The position numbers and the translations under genes were made by a program. DNA of 40,000 nucleotides, taken from the NCBI GenBank assembly GCA_964538865.1, contig CAZIHU010000006.1, positions 26,059 to 66,058 of the forward strand, written 5' to 3'. Within the stretch, counting starts at the first letter, position 1; each line of letters begins with the position of its first letter. Under the pieces are notes generated by a model. That model was given only the letters and a program-made list of their open reading frames with translations, was not told the origin of the DNA and searched no databases. Shown here one piece after another: positions 14,661-21,416 of the stretch. The stretch is from an uncultured Candidatus Peribacteria bacterium (GTDB taxonomy: Bacteria > Patescibacteriota > Gracilibacteria > UBA1369 > UBA12470).

Positions 14661-17246
14661 CTACAGTTTATCAATCATCCCCTTCTCCACCTCATGCTGC
14701 TTTCGTGCTTTCTTGTAGAGAATGAATGCACCTGCGATTACTAAGAGAGAAACTCCTATCAATGGTAAATATGGGAACTTATCTTCTTCTTCAGCTGCTG
14801 GATGTGTACCATCCGCTTCCATCGCACTGGTCAATCCTTCCGCACTCACCATAAAATTAACCTGCATCGTTTCTCCTTTCACACCTTCTTCATCTTCGGG
14901 ATAGAAATATGCCGTATGTTCTCCAGGTTCATCGTAAAGTTCTTCCGGTGCTTCAACTACAAATTCACCGGTCTCCATATCAGAAACAAGTACTGACGAT
15001 AACGTCATACTTTGCCATGTTACATAAACTATCGATCCTGGCTCTGTTTTACCTGCTACTGCATCTTCTTCGACTTCAACTTCTTCTACTGTTGCAGCTT
15101 CGATCGTCTTATCCACTGTAAACGATGTCATTGTTGAGACGTCGGTTGCGTTACCGTCTTCGTCTGCAACTACTATCATCATTTGATATTCCCCGCTTTC
15201 AAGCAGTTCTTCATCGATGTTTGCAGCTACTTTACCATTGGCATCTGCGGTTGTTTCTATTACCGCTACAGGGTTGCCTTCTGCGTCTACCACTGTAATA
15301 AGGGCTGTTGAATTAGGCTGAGCAGTCGCTTTCACAAACACATCTGAAGTGTATGTTTCGTCCGCTTTCATGTTTGTTACGCCCGTCTTCATTTCTTCGA
15401 TGTAATCTACCTGATTTGGGTTAGTTCCGTATTCAAGCTCTTCTATGTCTGAAAGTCCATCTCCATCTGAGTCTGTACTGTTTGGATCTGTTCCGTTTCT
15501 TGTTTCCATTGCGTCACTCATTCCGTCTCCATCACTATCTTTGTATTCGTCTCCTTTTTTTTCTATAACTATCGGGTTGTCTTTCTCTGTTGGTGAAGTT
15601 CCTGCGGCTAGCTCATCTACGTCCGCGATACCATCTCCATCTGTATCGCTGCTTGATGCGTCTGTACCGAGAAGTTGTTCCATTGCGTCTGTCATTCCGT
15701 CTCCATCGCTATCGGAATCTGTTGGGTCTGTTCCGTTCATATACTCTGTGTAATCGTCCACACCATCACCGTCTGTATCGGTCTCTTTTGCCGTTTCTGC
15801 ATCCATATCTGTATCAAGCTCGAGGATGTCGAACATCCCATCTCCATCTTCATCTGCGAATGCTTGTTCTAGTACCTCTACCACGTCTACTGTTGGTTCT
15901 GTACTCATTTCCGCGATTTCTTCTGCTGCTTTGGCAAATTCTTCTACTATCTCTTTTTGTTCTTCCATGTCGCGTGGCTCAAACAACGTTGCTGCGCTTT
16001 GCTTCTCAAGCTCTATCTCTTGCTCTAAATCGATTTCTATCTCGATTGTAATATCTTCTCTTCCTTCTTCGGTTAGTGTCAAAGTTGCCAAGCCTTCTGC
16101 CAAATCTATTACTTCGATTGCTTGTACTGGTACTTGGATCTCTTCAACTTCTTCGGGGGTTTCTTCTTCAGCAGGAACCTCTTCGATCACTTCCAGAGCA
16201 GGCTCTTCATATGTCACAACCGTTGGTTCGTAATACACAGGTTCTTCTTCAGCAACTTCCTCATAGACTTCCTCGGGGACTTCTACTTCTACTCCTGTTG
16301 GGAGCCAGACAGACTCTTCTTCAGAATCGTCTGCTTCTTCAGCAGCTTCGTGACTCTCCTCACCGGATTCTTCTTCACCTGCCAAACTCGTATCAGAAGA
16401 AGATTCCGTCGTTGATGTGTCGCTCGTGGACGTGTCGCTTGTGGAATCGCTCGTGGACGTATCGCTCGTGGATGTCGAAGTCGATGAATCTCCTCCACCA
16501 CCGCCGCCTCCTCCACCTCCACCGGTCACAGCTCCAAAGTAAGGATCATCCGTGTCCTCGGTTGTGAATGTAGAAGTACTACTCGTCAAACTATTTCCAA
16601 AATCATCTACTGCTTTTACATAAAAATCGTATGCAATTCCTTCACTCAATCCAGTTATAGCCATACTGGTTGTTGTCATCGTTGTATCCTCTCCGTACAA
16701 AGCATAAGAAGCATCGCTGGATACTTTGTAATAAACCTGATATTTGTTCCAATTGGTCTCGGTTGTTATAGCATCCCAGCCTAGTGTGAATGAATCATAA
16801 GTCATACCTGCGCTTGAGAGGGTTGTGAGTCCTCCCGATGGTGCAACATTATCAAGTGTGAATGTTGTACCGGTACCTGTCGTTCCCGTACCTGTCCCGT
16901 CATAAATAAACACTCTGAACTGCGCTGTCGAAAGGTCGGCAGTCGCTTCATCTGTTGCACTAGCCCAAGTTGCCGTTACTGTATTTGGCGTGACTGACGT
17001 CGTGATATATCCATTACTGTTACCAAGTTGATAGACGTTATCGTTTTCGACATTGAAATTGCCGTACGTAGCGCTCGTTCCGCTTGTTTCTGACATCGTA
17101 GCTTTCGTCCAGCTACCACCTGCGTAATACTCAACTACAGCCTGCAGAGTATTGTCACCATCTGCATCGTCTACCGCCATCGAAACCGTCACTCCTCCAG
17201 TTCCATCGGTAGACTGAGCACCTGTTACTGTTGTAATCGTCGGGAC
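14661..17246 (-). repeat. Shared C-terminal cassette (aa 1285-2145), copy in paralog 2
   Basis: See 9627..12149. Similarity begins at VPTITTVTG.. (V codon top at 17246) and runs to the stop codon. Confidence 0.9.
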
Positions 17247-20200
17247 CTGGTTTGTGCTGACAATAATCGCTTTGTTTGCACTGAGTGAGTTTGTTTCTCC
17301 GGGAGTTGCAAGTGTCAGTGTGGCTGTGTTGCCTGCCAAATCTGTTATTGTCCCAGAATTCAAGGTCAAAGCACCTGTACTTGTATATGCTAAATCCGAA
17401 ACGTTATCTCCGTTTACCGTTGTATATGTGAATGAAAGTGTGTCTGTACTTACGCTAGCATAATTTGCTTGTCTATCTGTTCCATCAAAGTCTAATTCTA
17501 TTTGTGGTGTTCCGGTCACAGCCATATTCTCATCGAACTGTACTGTCACCGTAAGCTCAATAGCTACTCCATAAGTATCATTTGCATTTGTTGCTGTGAC
17601 ATCACTAACACTCGGTGCACTTACATCGTACGTTGTTGTATCGTTTGTTGTAGAAGATTCTACTGCACTGCCATCCTTAATCTTAGCTGTTATTGTTTTG
17701 AGCTCCTCCGTGGTTGTACAGCCAGTCGCCCCGGTTGTCATATCCCAAGCTGGACCGTCCCCGTCATTTACGACATCGTCATCCGGGTATGTTATCCAGC
17801 TACTCCAGTTACTACCAGCATCACAAGAAAACGCCACATCTGTTGCTGTAGAACCGCTCGTAACAAGCGTGATTTGCGGTGTTGTGTCGTTTGTAAATCC
17901 ACTAGCGTTGTTGTCGTTGATTGTTACAGATGTAAGGAATGGATATAAGGTTTTCGAAAGAGTACCAGCTGACCCAGCTACTGCACTACCATCAGCTGCA
18001 CCACCTGCAGCTACTCCTCCTGCAGTGAGATTTGTTACAAGCGAATCTGTATCCGCACCATATTGAATAGCAATTCGTCCTCCTCCTCCTCCTCCACCAT
18101 CATTCGTTGATCCATTACCTCCAGCACCACCATCTGCAGAGAATGTCCCCGTTGCACCACCATCTTCAATAACTGACCCAGCAGTGACATAAATCGATCC
18201 TCCAGATCCTCCTCCACCAGCCTGATTACTACCATTTGTAGCCCCAACCCCACCATCTGCAATAATAGCTCCGTTATGAGTCAAAACTCCATTAATTACT
18301 AACCTTAGATATCCTCCACCATTACCCCCTCTAAAACTAGTAGTAGAATTACCTCCAGATGATCCAAACAACACTGGTGCCGTAGAAGATCCATACGTTG
18401 CACCACCACTAACCACGCCTGTATGAGAACCATCTCCACCTTCACCTCCATGACCACCTCCTTGATATCCCTGACCAGAATTATTACCGTCTCCCCAACC
18501 AGCAGTATCCATCGCACAAACATTTGAGCTATCTGGCCCATATCCATTATGAGAACCAACATTTACACATCCTTTACCAGTCGCATCAATTGATGCACCC
18601 GACTCAATAGCAAGATCTACCAGCGCAGTCCATTGCGCATTAGCAATGATTGCAGTCGTCCCTGCAAGAGTTATATCTATAGCATCATCTATCGTAAACC
18701 ATCCTTCAGGCCCACCGGTAAAAGTAAAATTGGTCCAAGTCTGATCATCCCCCGCAGGAATATTAAAATCCACATCTGCCCCTTGCCCTGCAACAGAAAA
18801 TGTAGTTCCACTACCCACTGTCAAAGCCGTACCAGCAGACAAGTTAAAAGAAGTAATTGTTGTTAAATCACATGAAAGGGTCCCATCCCAAGCCAAAGTT
18901 CCAGTCACCGTAACCGAAGGTGTTACCGTTCCAGACTCACAATACATATTGTCTGCACCAGCATCTATAGTCCAATTAGTTTCGCTATGATCTGTATCAT
19001 CAAAAGTAAACCCATAATAAATATTTACAGCACTTGATCCTGTGTTTTTTACATATACTGTACCTATTACACCTGCTACAGCACTGCCATCAGCCGCACC
19101 AGCTGCAACTGTAAAATCTTCACTTCCAAGACCAGAGAAAGTACTTGAGCCATAGTTAAGTGAAATACGACCTCCTCCGCCTCCTCCTCCATCATTAGAT
19201 GATCCATCACCCCCATCTCCCCCATCTGCAGAGAATGTTCCTGTGCTACCAGCAAATGCTCCAGTAACAGTAATATAAACAGAACCTCCAGATCCACCTC
19301 CTCCAGCCTGACTACTACCATTTGTAGCTCCAACTCCACCATCTGCAGTAATTACACCATTGTGTGTAAAATCCCCACTTATTGCCAATCTGACATATCC
19401 TCCACCATTACCCCCTCTAAAACTAGTAGTAGAATTACCTCCAGACGAACCAAACAACACAGGAGCCGTAGCAGACCCATATGTTGCTCCACCATCAACC
19501 ACACTTGTATGAGAACCATCTCCTCCTGCACCTCCATGACCACCCCCTTGATATCCATTACCGGAGTTATTACCGTCTCCCCAACCAGCAGTAGAAATTG
19601 TACAAACATTGGAACCATCTGGACCATATCCATTATGAGTACCTATATTCACACAACCTTTCGCATCCGCAACAATAGATGCACTTGCACCAATAGTAAG
19701 GTCGACAAGAGCAGTCCACTGCGCATTTGCTGTAATCGTAGTTGTACCAGCAAGATCAATATCTATCGCATCATCTATTGTAAAAAGTCCTTCAGCTCCC
19801 TCGGTAAAAGTAAAGTCAGTCCAAGTCTGGTCATCCCCCGCGGGGATATCAAAATCTACATCTGCACTATCCCCTGCAATTGATATAACTGTCCCACTAG
19901 CAATAGTAAAAGCCGTACCACCTGAAAAATTGAATGAAGTTATTGTTGTTAAATCACATGAAAGCGTCCCATCCCAAGCCAAAGTCCCAGAAGCTGTAAC
20001 CGAAGGTGTTGCCGTTCCAGACTCACAATACATATTGTCTGCACCAGTATCCACAGTCCAGTTGGTCACACTGTGATCTGTATCATCAAAAGTAAATCCA
20101 TGATAAACATTTACAGCATCTACCCCTGTGTCTTTGACGTAGACTGTACCTACAGTCCCAGCAACAGCACTGCCATCAGCCGTACCAGCTGCAACCGTAA

Positions 20201-21083
20201 GATCTTCACTTCCAAGACCAACAAATGTGCTAGATCCATAAGTCAGAGAAATACGACCTCCTCCGCCTCCACCACCATCATGAACACCACCATCAGCACC
20301 ATTCCCCCCGTCGGCAGAGAATGTTCCTGTGCTGCCAGCGAATGCTCCAGTAACAGTAATATAAATCGATCCTCCACTACCTCCCCCTGATGAGGTATTA
20401 CTTCCACCTGTAATACCAGCACCCCCATCTGCACTAATTACACCATTGTGCGTAAATGCACCACTAATATTTAACCGTACATATCCTCCACCAGAACCAC
20501 CATTTGTACTCGCTGCACTACCACCAGATGACCCGAATAACACAGGCGCTGTAGCTGATCCATAAGTATCTCCGAACTGATCCATATTCGATCCAGCTCC
20601 TCCTTCTCCTCCATGTCCAGCACCTTCAGCTCCTACATTACCCATATTCCAACCTTTCCCGTATCCGGCAGTTTGAGAAGTACAAACATTGGAACCATCT
20701 GGACCCCAACCATGCGAAGTCCCCGTATTATCACAACCCTTAGCATCTGTATTAATACTTGCCCCACTCTCAATCTCAAAGTTCCCCGTAGTTGAAATAT
20801 TTATCCCATCTGCATCTTCAGCAACATGAGTCAAAACCACTCCAGTCTCAATAAGCACAGAAGCAGCTGTAATCGCAGCATCCAGTTCACAATACCCATC
20901 TCCACCAGAATCCGAAAAAGTTACATCATCCGCATTCAAATCCCCTTCAGTCACAGCAGTCGGCGAACCGGAAGTTCCCGAACAATTAACCGTCACTGGA
21001 GCTGCACTCGCACTAGACACTCCCCACAGCAGAGCCACAACTGTGATCCCAAACAAAACCGATGCTTTTAGGAGTTTTTTCAT
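14661..21083 (-). CDS. Giant surface protein, paralog 2 (signal peptide, 3 x ~360-aa Gly-rich tandem modules, Ig-like domains, shared C-terminal cassette and anchor)
   Basis: The ORF track starts at GTG 21098. The ATG at 21083 gives a textbook signal peptide (MKKLLKASVLFGITVVALLWGVSSASA), and the promoter -10 sits at 21102..21107, so I prefer 21083. An Ig-like adhesin module follows (..TGALTLNSGTITDLAGNTATL..), and the C-terminal 861 aa are shared with paralog 1. Confidence 0.9.
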   Translation of the reverse strand: MKKLLKASVLFGITVVALLWGVSSASAAPVTVNCSGTSGSPTAVTEGDLNADDVTFSDSGGDGYCELDAAITAASVLIETGVVLTHVAEDADGINISTTGNFEIESGASINTDAKGCDNTGTSHGWGPDGSNVCTSQTAGYGKGWNMGNVGAEGAGHGGEGGAGSNMDQFGDTYGSATAPVLFGSSGGSAASTNGGSGGGYVRLNISGAFTHNGVISADGGAGITGGSNTSSGGGSGGSIYITVTGAFAGSTGTFSADGGNGADGGVHDGGGGGGGRISLTYGSSTFVGLGSEDLTVAAGTADGSAVAGTVGTVYVKDTGVDAVNVYHGFTFDDTDHSVTNWTVDTGADNMYCESGTATPSVTASGTLAWDGTLSCDLTTITSFNFSGGTAFTIASGTVISIAGDSADVDFDIPAGDDQTWTDFTFTEGAEGLFTIDDAIDIDLAGTTTITANAQWTALVDLTIGASASIVADAKGCVNIGTHNGYGPDGSNVCTISTAGWGDGNNSGNGYQGGGHGGAGGDGSHTSVVDGGATYGSATAPVLFGSSGGNSTTSFRGGNGGGYVRLAISGDFTHNGVITADGGVGATNGSSQAGGGGSGGSVYITVTGAFAGSTGTFSADGGDGGDGSSNDGGGGGGGRISLNYGSSTFSGLGSEDFTVAAGAADGSAVAGVIGTVYVKNTGSSAVNIYYGFTFDDTDHSETNWTIDAGADNMYCESGTVTPSVTVTGTLAWDGTLSCDLTTITSFNLSAGTALTVGSGTTFSVAGQGADVDFNIPAGDDQTWTNFTFTGGPEGWFTIDDAIDITLAGTTAIIANAQWTALVDLAIESGASIDATGKGCVNVGSHNGYGPDSSNVCAMDTAGWGDGNNSGQGYQGGGHGGEGGDGSHTGVVSGGATYGSSTAPVLFGSSGGNSTTSFRGGNGGGYLRLVINGVLTHNGAIIADGGVGATNGSNQAGGGGSGGSIYVTAGSVIEDGGATGTFSADGGAGGNGSTNDGGGGGGGRIAIQYGADTDSLVTNLTAGGVAAGGAADGSAVAGSAGTLSKTLYPFLTSVTINDNNASGFTNDTTPQITLVTSGSTATDVAFSCDAGSNWSSWITYPDDDVVNDGDGPAWDMTTGATGCTTTEELKTITAKIKDGSAVESSTTNDTTTYDVSAPSVSDVTATNANDTYGVAIELTVTVQFDENMAVTGTPQIELDFDGTDRQANYASVSTDTLSFTYTTVNGDNVSDLAYTSTGALTLNSGTITDLAGNTATLTLATPGETNSLSANKAIIVSTNQVPTITTVTGAQSTDGTGGVTVSMAVDDADGDNTLQAVVEYYAGGSWTKATMSETSGTSATYGNFNVENDNVYQLGNSNGYITTSVTPNTVTATWASATDEATADLSTAQFRVFIYDGTGTGTTGTGTTFTLDNVAPSGGLTTLSSAGMTYDSFTLGWDAITTETNWNKYQVYYKVSSDASYALYGEDTTMTTTSMAITGLSEGIAYDFYVKAVDDFGNSLTSSTSTFTTEDTDDPYFGAVTGGGGGGGGGGGDSSTSTSTSDTSTSDSTSDTSTSDTSTTESSSDTSLAGEEESGEESHEAAEEADDSEEESVWLPTGVEVEVPEEVYEEVAEEEPVYYEPTVVTYEEPALEVIEEVPAEEETPEEVEEIQVPVQAIEVIDLAEGLATLTLTEEGREDITIEIEIDLEQEIELEKQSAATLFEPRDMEEQKEIVEEFAKAAEEIAEMSTEPTVDVVEVLEQAFADEDGDGMFDILELDTDMDAETAKETDTDGDGVDDYTEYMNGTDPTDSDSDGDGMTDAMEQLLGTDASSSDTDGDGIADVDELAAGTSPTEKDNPIVIEKKGDEYKDSDGDGMSDAMETRNGTDPNSTDSDGDGLSDIEELEYGTNPNQVDYIEEMKTGVTNMKADETYTSDVFVKATAQPNSTALITVVDAEGNPVAVIETTADANGKVAANIDEELLESGEYQMMIVVADEDGNATDVSTMTSFTVDKTIEAATVEEVEVEEDAVAGKTEPGSIVYVTWQSMTLSSVLVSDMETGEFVVEAPEELYDEPGEHTAYFYPEDEEGVKGETMQVNFMVSAEGLTSAMEADGTHPAAEEEDKFPYLPLIGVSLLVIAGAFILYKKARKQHEVEKGMIDKL
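17980..20880 (-). repeat. Intragenic tandem repeat, three units of ~1.08 kb (360-362 aa)
   Basis: The marker motif DAKGC..GxGPDGSNVC recurs at aa 120, 480 and about 842. The string TCCAAGTCT recurs at 19820 and 18734, a period of 1086 nt. Units share ..YGSATAPVLFGSSGG..GGGYVRL.ISG.FTHNGVI.ADGG..GGGSGGS.YITVTGAFAGSTGTFSADGG..DGGGGGGGRISL.YGSSTF.GLGSED.TVAAG.ADGSAVAG..GTVYVK.TG..AVN.Y.GFTFDDTDHS.TNWT.D.GADNMYCESGT.TPSVT..GTLAWDGTLSCDLTTITSFN. The outer boundaries are approximate. Confidence 0.85.
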
Positions 21084-21101
21084 GTTCAATTTATTCACAT
21101 A

Positions 21102-21130
21102 ATTATACCTGATCCCAACCTGTTAATCAA
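21102..21130 (-). promoter_or_regulatory. Promoter of paralog 2 (TTGATT - 17 nt - TATAAT)
   Basis: The minus strand reads ggaTTGATTaacaggttgggatcaggTATAATtatg. The -10 ends 18 nt upstream of ATG 21083, implying a very short leader. Confidence 0.65.
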
Positions 21131-21262
21131 TCCTACCACCTGAATCAAGACCACAGAAAATCACGCTTTTTGGCTTAAACAAGCGCCTACTCCAAAATCA
21201 GCATTTAAACTTTACATATAGCTAAATTGTCCTGTCGCAACAGCACAAGAAGCAGGTAGCCT

Positions 21263-21385
21263 TTATGTTTTTTTAGCAAGATCGTCCAAATCCCCTTCCA
21301 AACTAGATTCATCTTGAGCCTTCAGAACAGCCTCCACCGCCTGATCTTCTTGGCGAACAACTTCAGACATATCTTCCATAGCCAT
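21263..21385 (-). CDS. Candidate small acidic ORF (40 aa) immediately downstream of the RHS gene
   Basis: Hand-translated, because it is below the ORF-track cutoff: ATG..TAA gives MAMEDMSEVVRQEDQAVEAVLKAQDESSLEGDLDDLAKKT. It starts 31 nt after the RHS stop on the same strand. An imperfect hairpin (21227..21248) follows, and then the next gene's promoter. The support is positional only. Confidence 0.25.
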   Translation of the reverse strand: MAMEDMSEVVRQEDQAVEAVLKAQDESSLEGDLDDLAKKT

Positions 21386-21416
21386 AATTATTACATTGTC
21401 ACATAACATCATAATA

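Noticed and set aside
17980-20880. Similarity of FTHNGVISADGGAG to the chlamydial Pmp GGA(I/L/V) / FxxN repeat signature.
   Set aside because: There is only one loose FxxN...GGAG pair per 360-aa unit. Pmp proteins carry many closely spaced motifs and an autotransporter beta-barrel, which is absent here.
21084-21098. GTG start at 21098 for paralog 2 (ORF-track start).
   Set aside because: The ATG at 21083 yields a canonical signal peptide (MKKLLK...). The TATAAT box at 21102..21107 would place the transcription start at or downstream of 21098.
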